From Eledone cirrhosa (Eukaryota), in contig OZ024755.1 in NCBI GenBank assembly GCA_964016885.1, forward strand, positions 35,216,001-35,280,000: 64,000 nucleotides of DNA, in the 5' to 3' direction. Below the pieces are notes generated by a model. The model was not told the DNA's origin. It saw only the letters and a list, made by a program, of their open reading frames with translations, and searched no databases. Below, in pieces: positions 14,351 through 27,998 of this stretch. The position numbers and the translations under genes were made by a program. Every line of letters starts with the position of its first letter. Within the stretch, counting starts at the first letter, position 1.

Positions 14351-15224
14351 TATTACTATGCAGTATTGCCCTACATATGCAAGTATTATATAATTTACTC
14401 TTCACTCACACAGAGAATCCATTTGATGCCAACAGAGGAAATAAAATTGAACCTGGCACCATGTGGTAACAAAATAAACTACTTCACCACACAAATACTT
14501 TTGGATCATGTTTCAGCTCTTTTTTTCTGTGTGCTTTACATTCTTATGGCTGGAGACATGTTTAACCAATTTATACAGCCATGTTGAAAGACCCATTTGA
14601 TTCACTTGGTCATATGACTGTAAATGCAGTTTCTAATTTCACCAGAAATGGTTGGCTGTCAACAACAATTTCTATAAATGGGATCATTCTGCAGACAGTT
14701 AATCCTTCAAGCATCATGGATCTAACAAAGACACCCTATTTAAAGGACTTACAACATATCCAAATTGCTCTGGAATAATGTTCATTATTTGATGGCATAC
14801 AACAATATAAGCAATACAGATGATTGACAAATGTTTATTTTGGTGTGTAACTATTATAATGATGTGACATACCTGTTTAGTATATTCTGTACGAAACAAG
14901 GGTAAAACCAAAGTATTTCATCATCATGATCATCATCACTGTTTTACCTCCAGCATGGGTTAGACGGGCTGTCCTGTTGTGGGCAATGCCAGGTCAGGTG
15001 ACCATATCTTGCTCATACAGAACTGATTCTGGCTTGGTTTCTACAGCTGGATGCCCTTCCTTACCCCCAGTTTAAATGCTAAAGGGTTAAATCGGCCCCA
15101 GTGTATGACAGCTACTTTATTTCATCGACACAGAGCTGGAAAAAATATTGTAAAGTATTTCGACCGACGCTCCACTGATTCTGACAATTCCCCACTAACA
15201 ACAACAACAATAATAATAATTGTT

Positions 15225-15405
15225 TCTACTTTTGGCACAAGGCCAGCACTTACCCCAGTGCATTACTGGTACTTTATTTTATCGACCCCATGTGGATGAA
15301 AGGCAAAGTTAACCTCAGCGGGATTTGAACTCAGAATGGCAAGGGCCGTAACTCTATGCGTCAAAGCATGGCGTCCGACCCTCCACCGATACTGCCAATC
15401 CACCA
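15225..15405 (-). mobile_element. tRNA-derived SINE family A
   Basis: A-box tggcagtatcggta, B-box gagttcaaatccc, conserved body gcctttcatcc..ggtcgataaaataaagtacc; ~20 copies or fragments in the window. Confidence 0.85.
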
Positions 15406-15447
15406 CAATAATAATATTGTTTTCTAATGTAAGCATAAAGTGTAATT

Positions 15448-15791
15448 CATCATTTCATCATCATTTCATTTTACGTCCACTTTTCCCTACTTGCAAGGGT
15501 GGGATGGGAACAGATTCTGGCTTGATTTCTACAGCTAGATGCCCTTCCTAACACCAACCTCATTTACAGTGAGTGCTGGGTGCTTTTTTGCCGTGGCACC
15601 TCCATGACCACTTTGCAGTGGAATGATAGAGACCCCAGTCCCTATCATTTCATTTCTACAGCTGAGTAAACTGGAGCAATGTGAAATAAAGTGTCTTGCT
15701 CAAGGAAACAACACACTACCCGGTCTGAGAATTGAACTCACAACCTTTCGATTGCAAGGCCAATGCTCTAACCACTAAGCCATGTGCCTCC
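15448..15791 (-). mobile_element. tRNA-derived SINE family B with RTE-derived tail
   Basis: Head ggaggcacatggcttagtggttagagc..gagttcaattctc; tail cccacccttgcaag..ggacgtaaaatga. Confidence 0.88.
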
Positions 15792-15879
15792 AGATGTAAT
15801 TTTGAACTACCAACAAAAGACTACAATGAGAGACAACGTATACACAATCTACCTGACAGTTCACTTCAGTTATTATCCA

Positions 15880-16075
15880 GGGCGGTGGTTTGGCAGTATC
15901 GGTAGACGGTCAGACGCCATGCTTTGCAGCATAGAGTTACGGCCCTTTACGGTCTGAGTTCAAATCCCGCCGAGGTTAACTTTGCCTTTCATCCTTACGG
16001 GGGTCGATAAAATAAAATAAAGTACCAGTAATACACTGATTTAATTGCTGGCCTTGTGCCAAAAATAAACAATTA
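15880..16075 (+). mobile_element. SINE family A, full length
   Basis: gggcggtggtttggcagtatcggtag...ggccttgtgccaaaa; interrupts one copy of a direct repeat. Confidence 0.88.
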
Positions 16076-16549
16076 TTTATAGACATTTCGCCTAGTCCAC
16101 TTAATTACACAGGGATGTTCAGGGTTTTTTCCTTACAACATCTCCCCTTTTGAGATTCCTCCTCCTTGGGAGTCTGGGTATATTTTTTTCAGTTTTCACC
16201 CTTTTTGAGAACTAAACACTGGGAGACTACAAGAGACTACATACACACAGTCTACCTGACAGTTCACTTCAGTTATTATCTATAGACATTTCACCTAGTT
16301 CACTTTTAGTTACGCGGGGGTGTTCAAGGTTTTTTCCCAACAACAGTAACAAGATGCATAGTTGTTTCCAAAGTCAATTCTATTTCTGATATTTAATGAT
16401 GCAGACATTTTTGTTTCTAAATATAATCCAGTGACAAACATATTTTACTTCAATCCATAATCCAGTGACATAGATTTTCTTTGACATGAACTCCAATAAT
16501 ATAGACATATTTTCTTTCTACATAGAATCCAGTTACATTATAAACATAT

Positions 16550-16860
16550 GATGATGGCTGCCTTCTTGTTATCGAGTATGGCCGTTGCACGATATAATAT
16601 TATTAATAATTATCAATTAATGCCATCGTGCTACGCCAGTGCGTGAAGATTTTTTTTAAAGTGAGGAAAGACTGTGCACTGAGCCAATCCCACTCTCTGA
16701 GCGACAGTAGCTGTAACCCAAAAAGAAGAAAAGATCAACATCATTGGTAACTACTGAGTCGCAGGTTTTATGTCGGAGTTATCCAAGTTTACTGAGTTGC
16801 CTTCTCCTAGAAGAATGCCCTGACACAGGCTAGGGGTCCTTCACTCCCAGTGGTTTAACT
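16550..16860 (-). mobile_element. Non-autonomous RTE derivative (5' UTR-like segment joined to short 3' tail)
   Basis: Similar to 35746-36325; minus strand has ctaggagaaggcaactc, which resembles RTE 5' UTRs. Confidence 0.5.
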
Positions 16861-17014
16861 GCGCAATCGGGTAACAAACATATATATATGTAAATATAGT
16901 AACACAAACATATACGTTTATAGCAACATAAACATATATATGTAAATATAATAACAAACATATATATGTTTATAGTAACAAAAATATATGTTTATAGTAA
17001 CAAACATGTTTATA

Positions 17015-17628
17015 CCACCTTTCTCTGTAAAGTTATGTTGGTACCACAACACCCCGTCCAAACTAAAGAGGTTGTGTAGGTGTCATGACAATAAAAAACA
17101 CCAAGTGCAGGCTGTAAAGTAGTCATGTAGGAGACAGGGTAAAAAGGCTCCCAATCCACACTGTAAAGTGGTTATGTAGGAGACATGGTAAAAAGGCTCC
17201 CAGTCCACACTGTAAAGTGGTTATGTAGGAGACATGGTAAAAAGGCTCCCAGTCCACACTGTAAAGTGGTCATGTAGGAGACATGGTAAAAAGGCTCCTA
17301 GTCTACACTGTAAAGTAGTCATGTAGGAGACATGGTAAAAAGGCTCCCAGTCCACACTGTAAAGTAATCATGTAGAAGACATGGTAAAAAGGCTCCTAGT
17401 CTACACTGTAAAGTGGTCGTGTAGGAGACATGGTAAAAAGGCTCCCAGTCCACACTGTAAATGTGGTTGGTGTTAGGAAGGGCATCCATCCGTAGAAACC
17501 TCGCCAGATAGCCCTATATGAGCGAGACACAGTGACCTGATCAATCTTACCTCAAGTGGGACAATTCCCATCTAACCCATGCTAGCGTGGAAAACAGACG
17601 TTAAACGATGATGATAATGATAATGATA
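17015..17628 (+). mobile_element. RTE 3' UTR fragment with internal 49-bp tandem expansion (~7 copies, 17110-17460)
   Basis: Matches 5495-5800; unit ctgtaaagtggttatgtaggagacatggtaaaaaggctcccagtccaca at 17161, 17210, ... Confidence 0.82.
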
Positions 17629-18429
17629 GTAACAAACATATATATATATGTTTATATAGTAACACACATATGTTTACAGTAACATAAACATATATGTAAA
17701 TCTAGTAACATAAACACTTAACTGAATTTGTTTTTATTAAATCAAAACCAGCAAATATAGTTTATTATACATTGCAGTAAGTTTAAAATGAAACCTCTTC
17801 CTTGTACTATCCATTTCATACAATATTCTGAATTACAATATAAAGTTCAGCTACAATAAATTCCTTTGTCTTTTCAATTATTTTGTTAGTTAATTTTTTT
17901 TTTAATTATTACATATTTTGTTTTTGCCCCTGGTTTGTCAGTGGCAACATTCTATCCGGTATCAAGTGAAATTGATGAGGTGTTTGTATGTCCCAGTGGA
18001 GTTTCACTGTGTAGCTTTCCTGATGGATCTATGGCAACAGGAAATTTTATCATCTTCAACTGAAGACATTCTATTTCTTTAAAATGTTTAATGAATCACA
18101 TCATGTCATTTAAACGAGGATGATTATTGACAGTCACAGTTCTAAAAATCAACCATAGCTGTTGTGATACTCTCACCATATTAGGACAATTGAACAATAG
18201 CAAGAAAAAAAAAAAAAATGAGCGAACTATGAAGTTGTTATACACGTTCCCCAGTTTGCTAGAAATAGTAGTCAAATCTTCCTCAAATCACACCTTAGCG
18301 TCTTTAACAAAAGGACACATTCGATAAAAAATAAACAATCTGAAAAAGATAAGGGAATGTCCCCCACTGAATAAATTTCACCATATTTTCTGCTTAAGGG
18401 TTTACATGATGTTAAACTATAGCTACTGC

Positions 18430-18612
18430 TGCTGTTGCTAATGCTGCTGCTACAACACCACCACCAACAACAACAACACTACCACCACCACCAACAACAC
18501 TACCACCACCAACAACACTACCACCACCACCAACAACACTACCACCAACAACACTACCACCACCAACAACACTACCACCAACACCACTACCAACAACACC
18601 ACTACCACCACC
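18430..18612. repeat. (CAC/CAA/TAC)n trinucleotide repeat
   Basis: Directly visible. Confidence 0.95.
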
Positions 18613-19387
18613 AGACTCTCTAACAATACTGCCAAAATGGTCTCTGATTTAAGCACAAGACCAACAATTTTGGGGGGAGGGGAATCTTAATTAAATCGAT
18701 CCCAGTGCATTACTGGTACTTTATTTTATCGACCCTGGAAGGATGAAAGGCAAAGCTAACCTCAGCGGAATGTGAAATCAGAACATGAAGGGCCGGAACT
18801 CTGTGACACAATAAAAACTTGTATGTACACAGCATTTTGAGACATTCCTACATAAACATGTAAATTCTGATACATTCATACATAAATGTGTAAGTTCTGA
18901 CTGTTGTGGAATGGATCTCCATCAGATTCAATGAGGAGTGTTCCAGTTGGTCAGTCAATAGAACAGCCTACTTATGAAAATAATGAATAAGTGACTGAAC
19001 ATTCCATTAAACACATGTCTTATCATCCATTAAAACAGATCATACACATGTATTATCTTTAAAGGAGTCATACACACATCTTATCTTCCATTAAAACAGA
19101 TCATACACATGTATTATCATCCATTAAGACAGATCATACATACGGCTTATCTTCCATTAAAGCAGATTATACACATCTCTTATCTTAGATATGTTGCCAA
19201 CCTGTCAGTTGTAAATTTATTATAAGCCAATAAAGTGCTCACTGTGTTATTGCTGCTTACAATGGTGAATTATTCCACTTTTGAGTCTGATAAACTCGGC
19301 CATTGAAATATAAAGGTATAAACTATTAAATTGATACTGAACTGATACAAAGATACAACTTACTGAAAGTGTCTAAAAAAAAAAAAA

Positions 19388-19666
19388 GTCTAAAGTCTGT
19401 CTTAAGCCAAAAGGCTCATTTGGCCGGTGCTTATCCCGGTTTCATGGCGTGAAGCGACTGAGAGTACAAGACTCCCCCCTGGACAGGACGCCAGTCCATC
19501 ACAGCGTTAAACCTCCAGCTATTGCTGGTACTCATTTTCAGCTGAGTATACTGGAGCAACGTGAAATGAAGTGTTTTGATCAAGAACACAACACGCAACC
19601 CAGGAATCGAGCCCACGGCATTATGATCGTAAATCCGACACTCTTACCACTAGGCCACATGCCTCC
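19388..19666 (-). mobile_element. tRNA-derived SINE related to family B head with a different tail
   Basis: Minus strand ggaggcatgtggcctagtggtaagagtg..ggctcgattcc; shares cacttcatttcacgttgctccagt..ctcagctg with family B. Confidence 0.75.
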
Positions 19667-19949
19667 ACTACTGATAGTGATTTTGAGATTCTGATCAACC
19701 AATAATATACCAGTAATAGATTAAAATAGAATAAAAACAACAAATTATATTGATTCCTCTTTAAAACCAGTTTCATATAACAAAAGGGAAGATTCTAGAG
19801 CTTCTACTTTTCTCATTACATACTTTCAAATTCAAAACCATCTATGTATAATATGCACCTCTTTATGTGATAAATTCATGTCTATACAAGATTTAACTAC
19901 AGCTGTGTAAGTAAATACACTTGATTATAAATATATATATATACACGAA

Positions 19950-22900
19950 AATGCAAGGATTCCTCTTTATTTCAGATGCGGATGGCAAACACAACCCCGT
20001 CTCCCTCACTCCGCCCTATACCTCCAACCCATCCCTTCCATCCATCAAATGAAATCCAAAACTTCAGAGTTGGTACCATGAATGTAGGCACTTTAAAATG
20101 TCGCTCTAGCGAGGTTGTAGCGATGCTTGAACGTAAGGAAGTTGATGCTTGTTGCGTCCAAGAGACTAGGTGGAGGGGTGGGTCTGCTAGATTCATTGTG
20201 GGTAAAAGAACGATGCTATAAACTTTTCTGGGTGGGAAATGAAAATGGGCTGGGTGGAGTAGGAATTATGTTAGCAGAAAAATGGGTAGATAAGGTAATT
20301 GACGTAAATAGAGTGAACGAAAGAATAATCAAAATAAGACTTGTCCTAAATAGAACTACTGTGACAATAATATCCGCTTACGCACCCCAATCTGGACTGC
20401 CTGGCGTTATAAAAGACAGATTCTATGAACCGACAGTGACTACATAATTATTGCTGGCAACGTAAATGGTCATGTTGGATAACATTGTGACGGCTATGAC
20501 GGAATCCATGGGGGTTTGGTTCCAGAAATGAGGAAGAATTCTGGAAATATAATTATCTGCAACGTAAACTTCAAAAAAACGAGACAATCACTTGATCACC
20601 TATAGATAAATTATATCCTTACCGGAAGACGTGACAAAGTGTCGGTTGTAAACACTAAATCCTTCCCCCGCGAAGAATGCACCTCCCAACATAGTCTCAT
20701 AGTTAGTGACCTCATAGTCAGGACAAGACATAGTTAACAACAGAGGAGGACTACCCTGAGAAGAAGAATATGGAAGTTAAAGGACCCCACAACCAGTAAC
20801 AAATTTAAAAGCATACTACTTGATGCTTTTGACAGTAAGGAAGAGCAATTAGAGACGTACAGTATAGAGGAACAGTGGGAATTCCTAAAAGTTAACCTGC
20901 TGAAGGTGTCAGATGAAATCTGTGGCTGGAGCAGACCTATAGGCAGGAGAGTAACATGGTGGTGGAACAGTAAGGTGGAGGAGTCAATCAAGGCCAAAAA
21001 GCAAGCTTGGAAAGTATGGCGGGATGGGGGAAGTAGAGAACACTATCAAGTGGCCAGGAGGGAAGCTAGGAGACAAGTGTACCTTGCAAGAAGGGAAGCA
21101 GAGGAAAGAAAGTTCAAGCATGTTCTACAATGCGAGGACCAAAAACGTGAGGTGTTCAGGATTGCTAGACAATGTGTCAAGGAAAACCATGATATTGTCG
21201 GTGAGAAGTGTGTCCGTAATGATGATGGTATACTTGCCATCACTGATACTGATAAGAAGGTAGCTTGGAAGTGTCACTACGAGAGGCTACTAAATGAGGA
21301 GAATAAGTGGGAAAAAGATAGTCTGCCCCAAATCGATCCAATAGTGCAAGTTGAAGGTAGTATAATAAGTAAGGCAATCAAAGATATGAAGACAGGCAAA
21401 GCAGCTGGGCCTTCAGATATAGTTGCTGAAATGCTGAAAGCATCTGGATCGGTGGGACACACTATGGTTTCCTGGATACTAAACCATGTCATACAGAATG
21501 GGGTCATACCAAATGACTGGCGTAGCAGCATCATCATTAACTGCTACAAGGGTAAAGGACATGCCCTAGATAGGGGAAACTATAGAGGCATTAAATTAAT
21601 TGACCAGGTCATGAAGGTCATAGAAAAGGTTATAGCGCAACTAATCAGAGAGCGAATTGATCTAGATGAAATGCAATTTGGGTTTGTGTCAGCTAAAAGT
21701 ACCACAGACACTCTTTTCCTTGTACGACAACTACAGGAGAAGTACCTAGCTAAAAGTAAACCCCCTATACTTAGCTTTTGTTGACTTGGAGAAAGCCTTT
21801 GACAGAGTCCCCAGCTCCATTATCTGGTGGGCTCCTAGAAAACTAGGTGTTGATGAATGGCTCGTGAGAGCTATACAAGCCATGTATAAAGAAACAGTCA
21901 GCAAAGTTAGAATTAACAATGAATATAGTGAAGAATTTAGCGTAAAAGTCGGTGTTCATCAGGGCTCTGTCCTTAGCCCCCTCCTATTTATTATTGCCCT
22001 TCAGGCTATAACAGAGGAGTTCAAGACCGGCTGCCCATGGGAACTTCTATACGCAGATGATCTAACGCTCATAGCTGAATCAATGGCTGAACTAGAGAAG
22101 AAATTCCAAACTTGGAAGCATGGCCTAAAATCAAAAGGCCTTAAAATTAACTTGTCTAAGACTAAAGTTCTATGTAGGAAGGAAAATAGGGCACTGGTCC
22201 CCTCTGGGAAATGGTCATGCTCAGTGTGTAGGAAAGGAGTAGGCAGAAACTCCATCTTATGTCCCAAATGCAAAGTATGGGTGCATAAAAGATGTAGTGG
22301 GATCACAGGTAAAGAACATAGATTTTATATGTGGCTGGTGCTCAGGTGCAATAAGTAGTAGCAAGTGCCCACAGGATACTAGCTCTTTCCATTGCCCAGA
22401 TGGTTCTATAGAAATAGTGGACACCTTCCGTTACCTGGGTGACAAAATCAGCAGTGGTGGCGGGTGCTCTGAAAGTACAGTAGCTAGAGTCAGAACGGGA
22501 TGGAAAAAGTTTAGAGAGCTTATACTGCTGTTGGCCGCTAAAGGTTTCTCCCTAGAAATGAAAGGCAGACTGTATGATGCCTGCATACGAACAGCTATGT
22601 TACATGGCAGTGAGACATGGGTATTGTGTGCAGAGGATCTGCGCAGACTGGAGAAGAACGAAGCTTGCATGCTCCATCGGATGTGTAATAGTAATATCCG
22701 TGAACGGCAAAGCATAAATGAACTAAGTGAGAAATTAGGAATAAGAGGGATCAGATGCTGTTTACTCGAGAGAAGACTACGCTGGTATGGTCACGTGATG
22801 CGCATGAAAGATGACAGCTGTATAAAAAAGTGCAGGGCGATCAAAATAGATGGAAGCTACGGAGTAGGCAGACCCAGAAAAATCTGGAACGATTTTATAA

Positions 22901-22990
22901 ATTCCGACCTTATACACTTACACCTCTCCAAGACAATGTCACTGGACTGAGATCTTTGGCGCTACGCAGTAATACAGAAGACCCGCCTTG
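19950..22990 (+). mobile_element. Near full-length degenerate RTE-clade LINE (APE endonuclease + RT + embedded PHD-like finger)
   Basis: GTMNVGTL..CVQETRW and ISAYAPQ (APE); NYRGIKL, QFGF, EKAFDRVP, GVHQGSVLSPLLF, YADD, FRYLG, LRWYGHVMR (RT); several frameshifts, stops and deletions. Confidence 0.96.
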
Positions 22991-23249
22991 CTTTTATATG
23001 TTTTCATATCTATTCATTTCTATTGACACATCAGAAAACCAAAAAAAAAAAAAAAATGAATGAAATTGTCCAATGGAATGGAGAATGAAAGAGTACGATT
23101 CATATCTGCAGGGGAAACAACCATATTTTTACCAAAACATGCGTCTTTTTTTACACATTATCTGACATGAGTTTTGACACAAGTTGGATACACTCTCAGA
23201 GACAGTTTCCACCTTTATCAGTTCAAAGAGAATTACCCAACTAATGGCT

Positions 23250-23885
23250 TTAATAAGACCATCAAATACGACAGTATCAGTGAATTAGAAATTTCAATTT
23301 GCGTAATATTACTGCTGATTCGTTTTGATGTTAGTACATCCTTGTTCTTGTTGAAAGCTGCCCAACCTAGAGCAATTCGATATTGCGCAGCAAGTACTAA
23401 CATCAAAATGAGTTTCCTATCATTTAAAGGCTAAGATCTTTGATACTTACATCCTACCAGTTGTGTTATATGGTCTTGACGGTGTTAATTGGAGGACAAG
23501 GTCACTTCAAGAGCTCTCTACATTCCAGAACCACATCATGAGACTTATGACTGGCAAGCGGCTCAGCGACCATATCTGTATCAGTGAGCTGCTCAATATT
23601 ACCAAACATAGGCCAATTACATCAATTGTCATGTCAAGAGTACTCAAACTATACGGCCATATAAAAAGATCAACTCGTGGTGTGAGTAAGTTATACCTGA
23701 AAGGAAGGTTGACTGGTAAGAGAATTAGAGGTCAGCAGCCAAAACGATGTCTTGATAATGTCAACTTATGGACTGGACTTGATATTTGCTCTTTAAACTC
23801 TGCTGTTGGTGATCAAACTTTGTGGAGAGAGATATCACATGTTAATACGCAGTCTGCAACTGGTGGAGTTTAGCATCACAAGAAG
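23250..23885 (+). mobile_element. Old RTE-like LINE C-terminal fragment
   Basis: ILPVVLYG...LKLYGHIKR...GKRIRGQQPKRCLDNV...DQTLWRE. Confidence 0.75.
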
Positions 23886-24359
23886 ACTGCTTATTCTATT
23901 TAATAACTAATCTCTTTAAAGGAACAACATTGATGATATTTTTGGTATGACTAATTTCCATTACATTTATGATTAGTTTGATCAAGGCTAATTTGGATTT
24001 TGTGATTAAAAATAAAATATTTATAAATCTTGTTTTTATAACTTGTCCACTTTATATATAATGCAATATATCTTTGAGTTAAAGTGCTTTTTTTTTTTAA
24101 CTATTGGGGGTCATCATTTTTACAAAAGCAGGATTTCATGGCTTTGTCCATTTATCTATCATACCGCCATCTGACTGATCAACTACTGGTTTTATAATCA
24201 TTCCCTAGCCCTTACCCTTTCAATACAGAAAGGTTGCTTATTAATTTTTATGTTTCCACTTTCCTTTCTTGTTTAGTTTTGAATATTTGCCAATTTCAAC
24301 ATCAGGCAGTTTCATTCATGTTTTGCTTGTCTGGTTTGTTATGATATTAACTTGCTTTT

Positions 24360-24895
24360 TGTCAATGGTGTTGTTGTGGGTTTAGATGTGTTTGTTATTG
24401 TTGTTGTGGTTGTGGTTGCTATCTATGTAGATGTGGCTGCTATGGCTGTAGATGTGGTTGTTACGGATGTAGAGGTGGTTGTTACGGATGTAGATGTGGT
24501 TGTTACGGATGTAGATGTGGTTGTTACGGATGTAGATGTGGTTGTTACGGATGTAGATGTGGTTGTTATGGCTGTAGAGGTGGTTGTTACGGATGTAGAG
24601 GTGGTTGTTACGGATGTAGATGTGGTTGTTATGACTGTAGATGTGGTTGCTATCTATGTAGATGTGGTTGGTGTGGCTGCAGATGTAGTTGTTAGGGATG
24701 TAGATCTGGTTGTTACAGATGTAGATGTAGTTGTGAATGTAGTTGTGGTTGCTATGGATGCTGTTGTGGTTGTTATGAATGTAGTTGTGGTTGCTATGAA
24801 TGGAGTTGTGGTTGCTATGAATGTAGTTGTGGTTGCTATGAATGTAGTTGTGGTTGCTATGAATGTAGTTGTGGTTGCTATGAATGTAGTTGTGC
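24360..24895. repeat. 21-bp minisatellite (gatgtagatgtggttgttacg grading into aatgtagttgtggttgctatg)
   Basis: Directly visible. Confidence 0.93.
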
Positions 24896-25202
24896 AGCCT
24901 GGAGACAGAATGTGTAGCAACAAGGGTGGTGCCCCAGCATGGCCTCAGCTGGGTGACTGGAACAGGTAAAAGAATAAAAGAGTAGGATGTAACTCTATGC
25001 CACAAAGCACGTTGTCAAGCAGTCTACTCATACTGCCAATCCACTAGCCTCCTTTATATCAAATAATGATAAGGATATTTTATTGGCTAGTGGGGCCTAC
25101 AACATAAAGAAAACTGCCTGCCCTGCCCAGTACGTGACAAGTACTTTAGGCCCAGAAGTATGAAAGGCAAAGTTAACTTCAGCAGATACACAGTAGTAAT
25201 AA

Positions 25203-25393
25203 TTGTTTCTACTTTTGGCACAAGACCAGCAATTATCCCAGTGTATTACTGGTACTTTATTTTATCAACCCCGTAAGGATGAAAGGCAAAGTTAACCTTG
25301 GCAGGATTAATTAACTCAGACCATAAAGGGCTGTAACTCTGTGCTGCAAAGCATGGCGTCCGACCCTCTACTGATACTGCCAATCCACTGCCC
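25203..25393 (-). mobile_element. SINE family A
   Basis: Matches the other copies. Confidence 0.85.
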
Positions 25394-26231
25394 ACAGTAG
25401 TAATAATAGCATCCAGAAGAGAAGGATGACAAAATATAAAGTTTAGCTTGACAGAATACATTTAGGCTACCAAACTTTAGGCTACCAAAATCTGAATCAT
25501 TTTTCTAGGATTTTACCAAATTAGTATAAATGATGTTAACATCAACCTACTACACCCCCACTCCAGCCTCATCCCTCCACACACACACACCCAATAGGAA
25601 TATTTGCCAAAGTGCGCTTAATAATTTGTCAATGCTATGTGTCCCAGTTAAAACATTGCTGTCATTTCAAAGATTCCTTATTGTCATTTTCATTAGCACA
25701 ACAAATGATTTTGAAATTGCTGAGGCTGTTATAAAAAAAAAAAATGTTATAAAAAACTGTTAAAAACTGCTTTAAAATGTAAAAAAATAACGTTATAAAA
25801 TTGTTATAAAAAATAAATATTTTTTCTCCCTTAGATTTGCAGTTGGCTTATAACTTCTCAGTATCTCCACTGGGATATTGTTGTATGTTCTGATGGAAAC
25901 AAAATGTTTCATGACCATACTATAGCTGCCAGTGATGGTTTGCAGATTCAACCATAAATCTTCATGAAGATTAAGACATTTTGATTAAAACTACAATATC
26001 ATAAATATGTTGATTTATGAGTTAATCCAGTAGTCAAGAGAATAACAATTGGTTTGCTAGTTTAAAGAAGCCATGTTGGCTATGACAAGTAAATGAGAGT
26101 TATTAAAAGCCAACCAAGAGATAGATGGTTACATAACAAAATTGTTTATTAGAAACATTGTTATTAATAGTACAGTAAAAAATGATTTTTTTTTTCCCCA
26201 GTACATGTAAATGTACAACTAGACAAAATTA

Positions 26232-26445
26232 CAGGATGGGCCAGAATTCATGACTCGCTTGTTAGTTATATTTCTTAACATGATTATTTTATTGTTATTC
26301 TATTGTTTTAATTTATCGTTTCATTTCTTAATATACTTAGCAGCTTTCTTAATTTATATTTTTATTTCTTAATATGCCTCACAGGTCTTTTATTTATTTT
26401 TTCTAAATAAATAATCAAGTGAATCATGAATTCTGGCCCACCCTG
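26232..26445. mobile_element. Tc1/mariner-type MITE
   Basis: TA-caggatgggccagaattcatgactcgcttg ... caagtgaatcatgaattctggcccaccctg-TA: ~30-bp TIRs with TA duplication. Confidence 0.88.
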
Positions 26446-26473
26446 TAGATATTTTATTCATAGAACATATTAA

Positions 26474-26674
26474 TTAACCCTTCAGAATTTACATTACTCT
26501 ACATATACTATTGTATTTTCACAACAAAAGCTTTATCTCACATCATATCGAATCTATGAAATTTTGAGAACAATACCTTAACATTGGTATGAGTGGCTGG
26601 TTATGGCCGGTTTGAACAGAAAAAAGTGAGAAAATTCTGGCAGGATATGGCCGGGTTAAATGCTAAAGGGTTAA
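26474..26674 (-). mobile_element. piggyBac-like MITE
   Basis: ttaaccctt...aatgctaaagggttaa, reverse copy of the family. Confidence 0.8.
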
Positions 26675-27397
26675 AGGTATTAATCTCTTAATCCATTAAG
26701 GTTCTAATTTAGTGGATTAATAGATTTGAACATTCACACTTATTTAGAAAAGCAGTTTCTTGGTTCAGATCTAACTCCACACCATATATGTATTCAGAAA
26801 AAGGACATTGATGACAATTGAAAGCTATTCTCCTAACACCAGCTGAATAATGAAAAGGTTAGTTTATATTACTAGATCTCTGCAAATTCTTGATTATTTT
26901 CAAAACCATAATATCTTTCATTAGAAATATGGTAACGAAAGGGTTAAAGTGTTTATATAGAGTTGGTGTAGTTAAAAGAATTTTTTTTAATGGAAGCAAA
27001 GGTGGAGAGTAGGATAGAGGTTTTTGACTGGTCTCTAATCAAGATTGACTGTCTTAGATCTTCTCTTGACACCATTAAATGCTCCGCTTCCATTTTCATT
27101 CAGATTTTTATTTTATTGTTGCTTTCCCCATCCACATCTCTCTATACCATCTGTATCCCACCTGTCAATCAAACTATAACCCCACCCCCACTTGAGATGG
27201 ACTTTGGCAGAAATAAATGCAAACCATTTGGTTTAATTTCTCATTTTTGGCATCACAATATTATAAGCTTGCCTGTAGGTCACATCTATCATATATCTAC
27301 ACTCTACTTTCCTTAAGTATGGAATACTAAATTAAATAATGGTCTTATAGGTCTCAATTAATAAAATTTTATCCTTGTAAATATATATATATATATA

Positions 27398-27431
<34 letters not shown>

Positions 27432-27455
27432 TATATATATATATATATATATATA

Positions 27456-27515
<60 letters not shown>

Positions 27516-27561
27516 TTCTTCATACGGATTGGACACTACTGTATATTTTGGTAGATTTATC

Positions 27562-27592
<31 letters not shown>

Positions 27593-27624
27593 GCATAAAT
27601 GTATATGTATATACATATATATAT

Positions 27625-27965
27625 GGAGGCACATGGCTTAGTGGTTAGAGCATTGGCCTTGCAATCGAAAGGTTCTGAGTTCAATTCTCAGACCGGGTGA
27701 TGTGTTGCTTCCTTGAGCAAGACACTTTATTTCACATTGCTCCAGTTTACTCAGCTGTAGAAATGAGATGATAGGGACTCGGGTCCCTATCATTCCACTG
27801 CAAAGTGGACGTGGAGGTGCCATGGCAAAAAAGCACCCAGCACTCACTGTAAATGAGGTTGGTGTTAGGAAGGGCATCCAGCTGTAGAAATCAAGCCAGA
27901 ATCAGTTCCCGTCCCACCCATGCAAGCAAGCAGGGAAAAGCGGACGTAAAATGATGATGATGATG

Positions 27966-27966
<1 letters not shown>
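27625..27966 (+). mobile_element. SINE family B, full length
   Basis: tRNA head, ccttgagcaagacactt central segment, RTE tail and (GAT)n. Confidence 0.9.

Positions 27967-27998
<32 letters not shown>

Noticed and set aside
14400-14780. Unique coding-looking stretch (ORF 14581-14778)
   Set aside because: No recognisable motif and no consistent splice-site pair.
25830-25960. Strong acceptor-like sites on both strands
   Set aside because: All frames stop quickly and no donor site was found.
27625-27700. tRNA gene
   Set aside because: tRNA-like head of a multi-copy SINE; no complete cloverleaf or terminator.
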